From NCBI GenBank assembly GCA_017936605.1, contig JAGBFH010000022.1:916-64915 (forward strand): a stretch of DNA of 64,000 nucleotides. Reading direction: 5' to 3'. Numbering within the stretch: position 1 is the first letter of the stretch; each line of letters starts with the position of its first letter. Of this stretch, positions 1 through 8,149 are shown one piece after another. Below the pieces are notes generated by a model that was not told the DNA's origin, did no database searches, and saw only the letters and a list, made by a program, of their open reading frames with translations. The position numbers and the translations under genes were made by a program. The stretch is from Tidjanibacter sp. (GTDB lineage Bacteria > Bacteroidota > Bacteroidia > Bacteroidales > Rikenellaceae).

Positions 1-17
1 AAAACAGATGATACACT

Positions 18-344
18 ATGGAGAATAATAACCAGAGGTTCGACCAACTCATCGAACAAGCCATTGGGCATCAGAAACATAGCGAGCAGATGAACATCCG
101 CATAATGAAGGCCGTGAAGCGTTCTGCCCGCAGGCGCAAGGTGAAAATGTGGCTGCGAATGGTGGCCTTTGCCCTCTTCGTACCCCTTACGGCCATCGGC
201 TTCGCCGCCTGCATCCTGACGACCAAAGATGCTCTGGAGGCGGCCATCGGAGGGCTCTACATCGTTCCCGTGGTGCTCGTCGCAATCGTGGGCATCGCAA
301 CCGAAATAAGGCTCGTGAAGGATTTTTCGCCTCTGGATGTGTAA
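18..344 (+). CDS. Small membrane protein, possibly ECF anti-sigma-like (DUF5056-like)
   Basis: 108 aa; basic N-terminus and two hydrophobic helices; adjacent to a DUF6249-like gene as in Bacteroidetes ECF sigma loci (sigma gene would lie outside the window). Confidence 0.5.
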   Translation: MENNNQRFDQLIEQAIGHQKHSEQMNIRIMKAVKRSARRRKVKMWLRMVAFALFVPLTAIGFAACILTTKDALEAAIGGLYIVPVVLVAIVGIATEIRLVKDFSPLDV

Positions 345-411
345 TAATCCGCCCACCTCGGACTCTTAATAATGAAAAACAAAATTCAATAACCAAAAAC
401 ACTTTTGAGAT

Positions 412-813
412 ATGAATCCCGTTCAACTTGAAGGACTTATGGCAATCATACTATTCTTTGCCATCCCCATCGTGGCGATTACAATGGTCGCCGGCGTCAT
501 CATCAAACGCAACAGCCAGAGGAACGAACTCCGCTCGGAGATTATCCGCAACGGCACCTCACCCGAAATGGCCGAACTGCTGCTCAAACCCACCAACAAG
601 GAGCGCAGCAAAGTCGTGGCTCTGCGCTGGGGCATTACACTGGTGGGCGTAGGACTTGCAGCCCTGGTCTGCAACCTCGCAGGGCTCAGCACCGAGGACA
701 TCTACACCTGGCTCTATATTGCTCTCGGCGGCGGTGTAGGACTGATTGTGGCCTTTGTGCTGGAAATGCGACTCGCCTCGCGCCAGCCTGCCGACGGTGA
801 CGAAGCAAGATAG
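412..813 (+). CDS. DUF6249-like membrane protein
   Basis: 133 aa; N-terminal TM helix, short soluble segment, 'LRWGITLVGVGL' followed by further TM helices. Confidence 0.6.
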   Translation: MNPVQLEGLMAIILFFAIPIVAITMVAGVIIKRNSQRNELRSEIIRNGTSPEMAELLLKPTNKERSKVVALRWGITLVGVGLAALVCNLAGLSTEDIYTWLYIALGGGVGLIVAFVLEMRLASRQPADGDEAR

Positions 814-1009
814 GGCGACAGAGAGAAGATATACTTGTACGGTTGATTTGATTTCGAGCGGGCGGGGTCGACATTGTTGGCTCCGCTCCTCAATTTCAGG
901 GCACATTGCAATGCGACTTAATAGGGTTATTTACAACAACTTGCGCTATGGGATAAAATGTTTTTGCGATTTTTTGCACAAAAAAGTTGCATAATAAAAA
1001 AATGCATTG

Positions 1010-1017
1010 TACTTTTG
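1010..1017 (+). promoter_or_regulatory. Bacteroidetes housekeeping promoter -7 element for tRNA-Thr
   Basis: TACTTTTG matches TAnnTTTG; TTGC about 20 nt upstream. Confidence 0.7.
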
Positions 1018-1038
1018 TCCCGCTTTTAGGAAGTAAAT

Positions 1039-1110
<72 letters not shown>

Positions 1111-1126
1111 CAAAGCAAACAATGAG

Positions 1127-1155
1127 AAGGTGAAACGAAAGTTTCACCTTTTTTT
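1127..1155 (+). terminator. Intrinsic terminator after tRNA-Thr
   Basis: AAGGTGAAAC-GAAA-GTTTCACCTT followed by a T run. Confidence 0.85.
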
Positions 1156-1256
1156 GTTGCGATGGGCTTGGGAGCTTGCTCACAAAAGCCTCTTGTGACA
1201 AAAAAAGAAGAGGGCGACACTCGTTGTCGCCCTTACTCATTGTTTGCTTTGATGGC

Positions 1257-1545
1257 GCCCCTGCGGCAGCAGAAGAGGAAAAAGCCGCCGAATGGCGGGT
1301 TAATCCTCCTTGAAATGGCCCCTGCGGCAGCAGCAGAGGAAAGACAAGCGAAGCGCAGTCAATCCTCCTTGAAATGCCCCCCTGCGGCAGCAGCAGAGGA
1401 AAGACAAGCGGAGCGCAGTCAATCCTCCTTGAAACGGTGCCCGCGGCAGCGCAAGAGGAAAGGGCAACACGCAGTGTTGGCCAATCCTCATTGAAAAGCC
1501 CCTGCGCCATCAAAAGAGGAAAGTGCAATGCGCACTCTTCCTTTG
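1257..1545. repeat. Five tandem ~60-bp units with conserved flanks and variable hairpin cores
   Basis: Unit: GCCCCTGCGGCAGC..AGAGGAAAG-[hairpin]-AATCCTCCTTGAAA; 1321-1380 and 1381-1440 nearly identical. Confidence 0.85.
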
Positions 1546-1588
1546 CCAAAAGTCCCGATTTTGGCGTACTACAAATCCACAAAAGTGC

Positions 1589-1596
1589 TATATTTG
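1589..1596 (+). promoter_or_regulatory. Promoter -7 element for umuDC
   Basis: TATATTTG matches TAnnTTTG, 30 nt upstream of the ATG. Confidence 0.6.
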
Positions 1597-1626
1597 CATC
1601 AGTAAATCTACACAACAACTTACTAT

Positions 1627-2061
1627 ATGGAATCGGAGAAGTTTATACCCCACAGCATAGATGTCGAGAACTCCTATGAGAGCGAGATGATGGGTGAGGT
1701 CAAGGCGGGGTTTCCGAGCCCTGCCGAGGATATTCGCGAGAAGTTGGATTTGGTGAAGCTCCTGGTGAGGCACAAGGCCTCGACCTTCTTCTTCCGCGTG
1801 GATGGTGTTTCGATGGTGGACAGCGGGATGGACGAGGGCGACATCCTCATCGTGGACAGGGCCCTGGACCCCTACAACAACTGCAAGGCGGTCTGCTACA
1901 TAGATGGCGAGTACACCGTCAAGCGTGTAGAGATGCTCGATGGTCGCGTGCGCCTTATGCCCGCCAACGAGAAGAGCACCAAGTATCGCCCCATTGAGGT
2001 AACCCCCGAGAACAACTTTATCATCTGGGGCGTTGTAACCTACACCATAAAAAAGATGTAG
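1627..2061 (+). CDS. umuD: UmuD/RumA-like S24 peptidase (DNA polymerase V accessory subunit)
   Basis: KAGFPSPAED cleavage region, GVSM catalytic Ser, YTVKR catalytic Lys, IWGVVT C-terminus. Confidence 0.92.
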   Translation: MESEKFIPHSIDVENSYESEMMGEVKAGFPSPAEDIREKLDLVKLLVRHKASTFFFRVDGVSMVDSGMDEGDILIVDRALDPYNNCKAVCYIDGEYTVKRVEMLDGRVRLMPANEKSTKYRPIEVTPENNFIIWGVVTYTIKKM

Positions 2062-2078
2062 AACGAGAGAGAAATAAT

Positions 2079-3344
2079 ATGTTTGCCCTTGCCGACTGCA
2101 ATAACTTTTTTGCCTCCTGCGAGAGGGTCTTTCGCCCCGACCTGCAAGGCAGGCCCATCATTGTTCTCTCGAGCAATGACGGCTGCGCTGTGGCGCGAAG
2201 CAACGAGGCAAAGGCGCTGGGCATAAAGATGGGAGCCCCGCTGTTCCAAATCAAGGATATTGTCAAGCGTCACAATGTGGCTCTCTTTTCGGGCAATATG
2301 GCCCTCTATGGCGATATGTCGCAGAGGGTGCGCTGGGTGTTGGAGGAGTACGCCCCCTCGGTGGAGGTCTACTCCATCGACGAGTGCTTCTTGGACCTAC
2401 GGGGGATGACGGGCATCGACTTCGACGCCTACGCAAAGGAGATTTCGTCCCAGTGCTGGAGGCAGACCTCCATACCCGTTTCGGTGGGCATTGCCCCCAC
2501 CAAGACACTCGCCAAGATTGCCTCGAAACTCTGCAAGCAGTACCCCAAGCTCCGCGGAGGCTGCTATATGCACCGCCCCGAGGATATCGAAAAGGTACTC
2601 CGAAAATTCCCCATTGAGGATGTGTGGGGCATAGGTCGCCGCTCCACCCCGAAGCTCAAGGCCATAGGGGTCTGCACCGCCTATGACTTCACGCAACTAT
2701 CTCGCCCGACTGTTCAGTCAATGCTTGGCATTACGGGCCTGAGGACCTGGAACGAACTTCGTGGCGTAGCGTGCATAGAGTTTGAGGATGGTTTCGAGGC
2801 CAAGCAGTCCATCTGTGTGTCGCGCAGTTTTTCGAGCGAGATATACGATGTGGCGGAGCTTCAGGAGCAGATAGCCAACTTTGCGAGCACGGTAGCCGAG
2901 AAGCTGCGCGGTCAGAGGAGCGCCACAGCCGAGATGGTCGTCTTCGCCTACACCAACCGCTTCAAGGAGTCGCAGCCCCAGACCTACTCCAACTCCCTCA
3001 TCACCTTTGCCACCCCCACCGCCGACCACCGCACGATAGTCGCCGAGGCGGCCCACGCCACCCAAAAGTTGTTCAAGAGCGGCTATGGCTACAAGAAGGC
3101 TGGCGTTGTTGCCACCAAGATTCTGCCCGAGGGCGAGATTATGCGTTCACTCTTTGATGACACCGCAGCTCTGGAGCGGGAGCAGAAGATAACCTCGGCG
3201 CTGGACAGCATCAATGCCACCTTTGGTGCCGGCACAATCAAACTGGCCGTTCAGGGCAGCGGCAAGATAAAGTCTGCGAGCGAGAGCCAATCACCCCACT
3301 ACACCACCCGCTGGAGCGACATCCCCAAGGCGAGCGTGAAGTAA
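2079..3344 (+). CDS. umuC: Y-family DNA polymerase UmuC/RumB with DUF4113 tail
   Basis: MFALADCNNFFASCE, SNNDG-like SSNDGC, YSIDE motif, C-terminal SPHYTTRWSDIP. Confidence 0.93.
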   Translation: MFALADCNNFFASCERVFRPDLQGRPIIVLSSNDGCAVARSNEAKALGIKMGAPLFQIKDIVKRHNVALFSGNMALYGDMSQRVRWVLEEYAPSVEVYSIDECFLDLRGMTGIDFDAYAKEISSQCWRQTSIPVSVGIAPTKTLAKIASKLCKQYPKLRGGCYMHRPEDIEKVLRKFPIEDVWGIGRRSTPKLKAIGVCTAYDFTQLSRPTVQSMLGITGLRTWNELRGVACIEFEDGFEAKQSICVSRSFSSEIYDVAELQEQIANFASTVAEKLRGQRSATAEMVVFAYTNRFKESQPQTYSNSLITFATPTADHRTIVAEAAHATQKLFKSGYGYKKAGVVATKILPEGEIMRSLFDDTAALEREQKITSALDSINATFGAGTIKLAVQGSGKIKSASESQSPHYTTRWSDIPKASVK

Positions 3345-3350
3345 TCTTTC

Positions 3351-3395
3351 GGGCTATTCCAATCATATTTTGATGCGAATAGCCCTTTGTTTTTT
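3351..3395 (+). terminator. Probable intrinsic terminator after umuC
   Basis: GGGCTATT...AATAGCCC stem followed by T-rich tract. Confidence 0.6.
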
Positions 3396-3487
3396 CGTTA
3401 TTTAGTAGTTAGGGGCTGCCGTGTGGGTACAAAAGTTGCACTTTTATTCCAGATACTCCAAGTGCAACACCACAATCTCACAGACCT

Positions 3488-4426
3488 ATGAAAAACATCT
3501 CTCGCCTCAACAACGGGCCGAGTCACCCTCGGGCGACACTCTGGCCCTACATCGCAATCCTTACCTGCAACCTCCTCTGGGCGACCGACTATCCGCTCTA
3601 CCACATACTCCTGCCCCACTATATGCCACCCATTGTGCTGCTCAGTGCCGCCCTGTTGGCCACGGCTCTGCTGGCGCTCATTCCGGCTTTTATGGGGCGA
3701 GTGGGACGGGTTGAGGGCAAAGACATCCCCACCCTGATAGTCGCGGGCCTGCTTCTGGGTGTCATCCACAAGGGGGCGCTGATGATGGGCCTTGCACGCA
3801 CCTCGCCCATAGATGGCTCGATTATCAATGCTGCGGGGCCACTTGTGGTGCTCATTCTCTCGGTTGCAAGGGGTAGCGACCGCCTCACACCCATACGCAT
3901 TTTGGGATTGTTGGTGGGACTTTCGGGTGCGGTGGCTGTAATTCTTATGGGCGACCACTCCTCGCGGGCCACATCGACTATCGAGGGTGACTTGCTGATT
4001 GTTTGTGCCGTAGCCGCCACGGCCCTCTATACGGTTTTTCTCAAAGGGATGCTGACCAAATACAATGTCGCAACGGTGCTCCTGTGGGTCTATGCCACCT
4101 CTGCTATCGTCATTCTCCCCTTTGGCATTTCGCGTGCGGTGGAGTTCGACTTTAGCACCTGGGACCACCGAGCCACCCTGTCGCTTGTGGTCATCCTCTG
4201 CCTGCTGACATACCTGCCCAATGGGCTCTACAACTACGCGCTGAGCCATATTGAGCCCTTCCGCACAAGCATCTTCAGTTACCTGCAACCCGTTGCTGCT
4301 ATAGCTCTTTCGGCGGCCTTGCGACTCGACACCATAACGCCACCAATCCTACTGTTCACTCTCTTGGTATTCGTGGGCATAGGCATTGTTCTGTGGTCCT
4401 ACCACCGCCCACCAAAGGCAAAATAA
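3488..4426 (+). CDS. EamA/DMT family transporter
   Basis: About 10 TM helices in two EamA repeats; 'SIFSYLQPVAA' motif. Confidence 0.85.
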   Translation: MKNISRLNNGPSHPRATLWPYIAILTCNLLWATDYPLYHILLPHYMPPIVLLSAALLATALLALIPAFMGRVGRVEGKDIPTLIVAGLLLGVIHKGALMMGLARTSPIDGSIINAAGPLVVLILSVARGSDRLTPIRILGLLVGLSGAVAVILMGDHSSRATSTIEGDLLIVCAVAATALYTVFLKGMLTKYNVATVLLWVYATSAIVILPFGISRAVEFDFSTWDHRATLSLVVILCLLTYLPNGLYNYALSHIEPFRTSIFSYLQPVAAIALSAALRLDTITPPILLFTLLVFVGIGIVLWSYHRPPKAK

Positions 4427-4469
4427 CCAACAGATTGCAACATCCTTAATGTCAAAATTACACACAATA

Positions 4470-5210
4470 CTACCTAGTAAAACGTCGCCATTTTCTAACA
4501 AAGCGAGGCTCATAACTATATGTAGACTTATACTTACCTCTACTCGCCATTTGCGCTTTTCTTAAATGAGCCGATACTATATCATCATTGTAGCCATTGT
4601 ATGCCGATTGTTTCAACAAATTCATAACCTCCCACTTGTCGGTATATGGTGCTGGTGCCAACTCCGACATTGCATTCTTAATCAAATCAACCACCTGACG
4701 AGGATACACCACACGACAATTATAAGGCACATTGGAGATCTCTCTAATTTCGCTTGAGCCATCAAAGACAACGATTGAAAAGAAAGGTATGTTTTTTAGT
4801 TGTGGTAGTGCATTACGCAGTGCTTCAATATGCCTTTCATTTTGTTTAATTGGATTATAGAATTGGTGTTTTTCTTGACCATAAGCCAAAACTTTTGTCC
4901 ACTTATCGTGCAATCCATTACCAAATATCCAACCACTATAGTCTTTTACTTCAATAACAAATATTCCAACATTTGTTGTGACAACCAAATCTATTTGGGA
5001 ATGACCATTGGTAGTTGGAACATACAAATCGTGAAATATTGTATGAGGGGGAATACCTCCCCGTATTAGACGATACACGAGGTCTCTTTCAGAGTGCTCT
5101 CCTCTTGTCAAATCTGTAACCGTACTGATAACCTGCTGTTTTTGCTTTTCACGAGCACGGCTAACTATAAAGAGAATAAGTAGGGTGACAAATAGCAATA
5201 TCATTGTCAA
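4470..5210 (-). CDS. NERD (nuclease-related domain) protein with N-terminal membrane anchor
   Basis: GEHSE...HDLYVP...SQIDLVV...GIFVIEVKDYSGWIFG...FYNPIKQN; AT-rich relative to neighbours. Confidence 0.88.
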   Translation of the reverse strand: MTMILLFVTLLILFIVSRAREKQKQQVISTVTDLTRGEHSERDLVYRLIRGGIPPHTIFHDLYVPTTNGHSQIDLVVTTNVGIFVIEVKDYSGWIFGNGLHDKWTKVLAYGQEKHQFYNPIKQNERHIEALRNALPQLKNIPFFSIVVFDGSSEIREISNVPYNCRVVYPRQVVDLIKNAMSELAPAPYTDKWEVMNLLKQSAYNGYNDDIVSAHLRKAQMASRGKYKSTYSYEPRFVRKWRRFTR

Positions 5211-5220
5211 AATTTCATTT

Positions 5221-6660
5221 TTACCACAGCAGTGCGTCGATGGCGATGCCGAAAGTCAGGGGGCGTTGGTAGCCCGAGTGGCGGGTGGAGAGGCCACCGG
5301 AGTGGGCCGAGGCGGGAGCGGGGGCCGCTGCCACACCATTAGCCGCAGCCACACCCTCGGGGCAGGCCTCAATAGGAGGGATGCGCGTCAGGATGTAGTC
5401 GGTGCGGATGTAGTTGTAGTCGGCATAGAGCCTGAGGCCCAGGTTGTCGGCCACCACATACCTGAGCGAGAGGCCCACGGTGGCTGTGAGGTGCTCGGTA
5501 TTGTCGTGCTCGATGGTTGCCACCTCGCGGCCGTAGTCGTCAATGAGACTGTTCTTGAGGTAGTGGTTGCGCGAGGTGCCCACAAGGGCCTTGGCACCCA
5601 GATGGAGCCTCTCCCCAAGCGGGTGGTTGTAGTAGATACCGCCCATCACCGAGGTGCTGTTCAGCGGCTTGGGCTCGCTCACGCTTGCACCCTCCACCAC
5701 GCCGCGCTCCACAAGGTCGGCATAGCGCCCCACCTTCAAGAGGCCGCCCACACCCACCGAGGGGGTGAAGAACCAGGCGCCCTCCACACTGAAGCCAATG
5801 CTCGAGGGGGCCAGTCGTTCGTAGCGGTCGGCATCGTAGAGCAGCGCATTGTGGGCTATGCCCACGCCCACAAACGAGGGATTGCGCCCTATGCGCACAG
5901 GCTCCCACTCATCGCTTGGCAGGATGATGCCTCGCGAGCCGAGAATCTTGTCGGTTATCCAGTAGCCGAGCTCGGTGGAGAGTATGCCCACACCCGCACC
6001 CACCACTATATCACTGAGCCAGTGGCGGTTGTTGAGCGAGCGAGAGATGCCTGTGACGGTTGCCAGCGAGTAGCCCGCAACACTCCACCACGGGCTGAGG
6101 GTGGTGCCATACTCCTTGTGGAGAATGGTGGCCGCCGTGAAGGCCATAGCCGTATGGCCCGAGGGGAAGGAGTTGTAGGTGGAGCCGTCGGGTCGGAGCC
6201 TGCCGAGGCCATATTTTACAGCATAGACGGTCGAGAGCATCAGTCCCGCCGAGAGGCCGTTGGAGAGCGCCAGTCGCTCCCACGAGCTGCGCCCCTCAAC
6301 GCCACAGAGCTTCAGACCATAGGTCAATGCCAGTGGCGAGAACTGAAGATAGTCGTCGTAGTGGTAGCGGAACGAGGGGAGATAGTCGGTGCGCAGCTCT
6401 CGGGTCTGCAGGTCGGCTGCCGAGAGCACCACACCTGCACCCACAAGCCCTGCACCCATCTGTACGGTACGCAGCCCCCAGAATGTGTGGGGTCGCTCGG
6501 GAGTGGGGAGCGCGGGGAGAGTTGTGAGTGAGGAGGGCTCACCCACACCGTAGGTGCCTACGGTGCGCTCCAGCGCTCTCCTACTCCACTCCTCACCCTC
6601 AAGGGCCCACACTTGCCCTACACAGAGCAGTGCTATAATTATTGTTGTCAGTTTTTTCAT
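5221..6660 (-). CDS. PAP2 phosphatase with C-terminal outer-membrane beta-barrel-like domain
   Basis: Signal peptide; KxxxGRLRPD, SFPSGHT, SRxxxxRHWLSD motifs; C-terminus of alternating beta strands ending IDALLW. Confidence 0.8.
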   Translation of the reverse strand: MKKLTTIIIALLCVGQVWALEGEEWSRRALERTVGTYGVGEPSSLTTLPALPTPERPHTFWGLRTVQMGAGLVGAGVVLSAADLQTRELRTDYLPSFRYHYDDYLQFSPLALTYGLKLCGVEGRSSWERLALSNGLSAGLMLSTVYAVKYGLGRLRPDGSTYNSFPSGHTAMAFTAATILHKEYGTTLSPWWSVAGYSLATVTGISRSLNNRHWLSDIVVGAGVGILSTELGYWITDKILGSRGIILPSDEWEPVRIGRNPSFVGVGIAHNALLYDADRYERLAPSSIGFSVEGAWFFTPSVGVGGLLKVGRYADLVERGVVEGASVSEPKPLNSTSVMGGIYYNHPLGERLHLGAKALVGTSRNHYLKNSLIDDYGREVATIEHDNTEHLTATVGLSLRYVVADNLGLRLYADYNYIRTDYILTRIPPIEACPEGVAAANGVAAAPAPASAHSGGLSTRHSGYQRPLTFGIAIDALLW

Positions 6661-6674
6661 AGTTATTTTCATTC

Positions 6675-6790
6675 CAGGGGTTACAGGGGTTCCAGGGGTT
6701 CTCCCTAAATTCCTTAAGGTCCTTAAGGTCTTTAAGGTCCTTAAGGTCCTATAATCCTTTTGGCCCTTTTAGCCCTTTCGGCCCTTAAGG
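6675..6790. repeat. 9-bp-period intergenic mosaic repeat
   Basis: (CCAGGGGTT)n, (TAAGGTCCT)n, (GGCCCTTTT)n blocks. Confidence 0.85.
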
Positions 6791-6812
6791 AAATGCCCCT
6801 CGCGACACCCTA

Positions 6813-7499
6813 TCAACGAATGGAGTTCATACGGATACTCGCCTTCACAAAGGCCAGGGCCCTCACCTTCTCGATTTCGATATCCTTGTCGGCGTGGTGG
6901 GGATTCTGGCTCACGAGCTTTATGCACCCCGGGCGCTCGGACTTCTGGATGTACTTGACGGTCACATACTCCTCGCCCTCGAGGTCAATCGATAGGAGGT
7001 ACATATCGCCCCAGAAGATGTTGCTCCAGTCGTTCATCTGCTTGTAGAGCACAATATCGCCGCTCTTTAGGAGGGGGTACATACTGTCGCCCACAACATA
7101 AATCGCGCCATCGCACTTGGGCAGATTGGGGATGTGGATGTAGTCTATGGGCTGCACCTTCGTGGGGTCCATAAAGAGGGGCACAAGGCCCGCCGTACCC
7201 TCCATATTGTAGAGTGGAACGCTCTGCAAGGGCACAGTGTTGTCGGTGCGCTTGGTGAACTTCTGCCACTGCTCCTTGGGACAGTTGAACATCTCGCCCT
7301 TGCCGGTCTCGAGCCAGTCGGGATTGACATTCAAATCTTGAACAAGGATATTCTTGTTTCTCTCCGAGAGGGCAGCCTTGCCTGTCTCAATCATCGAGAG
7401 GGCACTCTTGCCCACTCCGAGCAGGGCAGCGAACTGCTCACCCGTCATTTCCAAATCTTTGCGAATTTTCTTTACGCGTACTCCCTTATTGTCAGCCAT
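6813..7499 (-). CDS. CI/LexA-like repressor: XRE HTH plus S24 autopeptidase
   Basis: HTH 'MTGEQFAALLGVGKSALSMIETG'; Ala-Gly site TAGL; GDSMYP catalytic Ser; VTVKY catalytic Lys. Confidence 0.9.
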   Translation of the reverse strand: MADNKGVRVKKIRKDLEMTGEQFAALLGVGKSALSMIETGKAALSERNKNILVQDLNVNPDWLETGKGEMFNCPKEQWQKFTKRTDNTVPLQSVPLYNMEGTAGLVPLFMDPTKVQPIDYIHIPNLPKCDGAIYVVGDSMYPLLKSGDIVLYKQMNDWSNIFWGDMYLLSIDLEGEEYVTVKYIQKSERPGCIKLVSQNPHHADKDIEIEKVRALAFVKASIRMNSIR

Positions 7500-7544
7500 A
7501 TACCTCGGGGTCTTAAAATTTTTATTCCGTTATGTGATACTAAA

Positions 7545-7559
7545 TTCAATTATTGAACA
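7545..7559. promoter_or_regulatory. Candidate repressor operator, copy 1
   Basis: Palindrome TTCAAT-T-ATTGAA(CA) abutting the + strand -7 element in the cI/terminase divergent region. Confidence 0.6.
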
Positions 7560-7604
7560 TATATTTGCACTGCAAAGTTAAGAAATTTATTTCTATTATA
7601 CAAA
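7560..7604. promoter_or_regulatory. Overlapping face-to-face promoters for the terminase unit (+) and cI (-)
   Basis: + strand TATATTTG at 7560-7567; - strand TAACTTTG at 7573-7580 with TTTG at 7601-7604 (20-nt spacing). Confidence 0.65.
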
Positions 7605-7623
7605 TATTTAATTAAATCCAACT

Positions 7624-8013
7624 ATGAAAAACACACCAGCAACCCCACAGCGACTGTTCGGTTTGGTGCCCAACGCCACCCATCCCGAGCAGGCAGAGAT
7701 TAGTTTCACCCCAACTCTCTACGCCGAGGTGCTCGAGTCGCTCTTGGAGCAGATTGCGGGCCTCAGCTACTTCAACGGCCGCATCTCAACCACCCACGAG
7801 GGCTTCAGTTCGGTGCTCACCGCCACACTCATCATCTACCACGACGACGAGGGGGACCTCCAAAGCCCCGTCAGGGACTTTGTGCCCATCTGGTGGGATA
7901 TGGAGAGTTTTCGTGACGATGAGTCGTCACCCCTTGCCCGCCCCGTCGGCAATGATTTCTCGCTCGCCCTGCTGCGCAAACTGCTCCGCGAGGGCGAACT
8001 ACCGCTGGATTAG
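7624..8013 (+). CDS. Hypothetical protein, first gene of the terminase transcription unit
   Basis: 129 aa, host-like codon usage, AACT-ATG start context; contains 'VPIWWD' and 'NDFS' segments. Confidence 0.7.
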   Translation: MKNTPATPQRLFGLVPNATHPEQAEISFTPTLYAEVLESLLEQIAGLSYFNGRISTTHEGFSSVLTATLIIYHDDEGDLQSPVRDFVPIWWDMESFRDDESSPLARPVGNDFSLALLRKLLREGELPLD

Positions 8014-8038
8014 TCGACCGACGACCGACTACCTACAA

Positions 8039-8146
8039 TAAGGTCCTTAGGGTCTTTAAGGTCCTTAAGGTCCTTAAAATCCTTTTTGCCCTTTTCGCCC
8101 TTTTCGCCCTTTTCGCCCTTTCTCAACTCTTAACCCTCAACCCTCA
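8039..8146. repeat. 9-bp and 7-bp period mosaic repeat between the orphan gene and terminase
   Basis: (TAAGGTCCT)n, (CGCCCTTTT)n, (AACCCTC)n. Confidence 0.85.
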
Positions 8147-8149
8147 ACT

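Noticed and set aside
1162-1494. ORFs through the 60-bp array (1162..1494 +, 896..1618 -, 1300..1491 -)
   Set aside because: Repetitive translations reflect the DNA repeat; they overlap the tRNA, terminator or umuD promoter and lack host codon bias.
1257-1545. CRISPR array
   Set aside because: Variable parts are only 16-20 nt, self-complementary, and two are near-identical; no leader or cas genes. Kept as a hairpin array.
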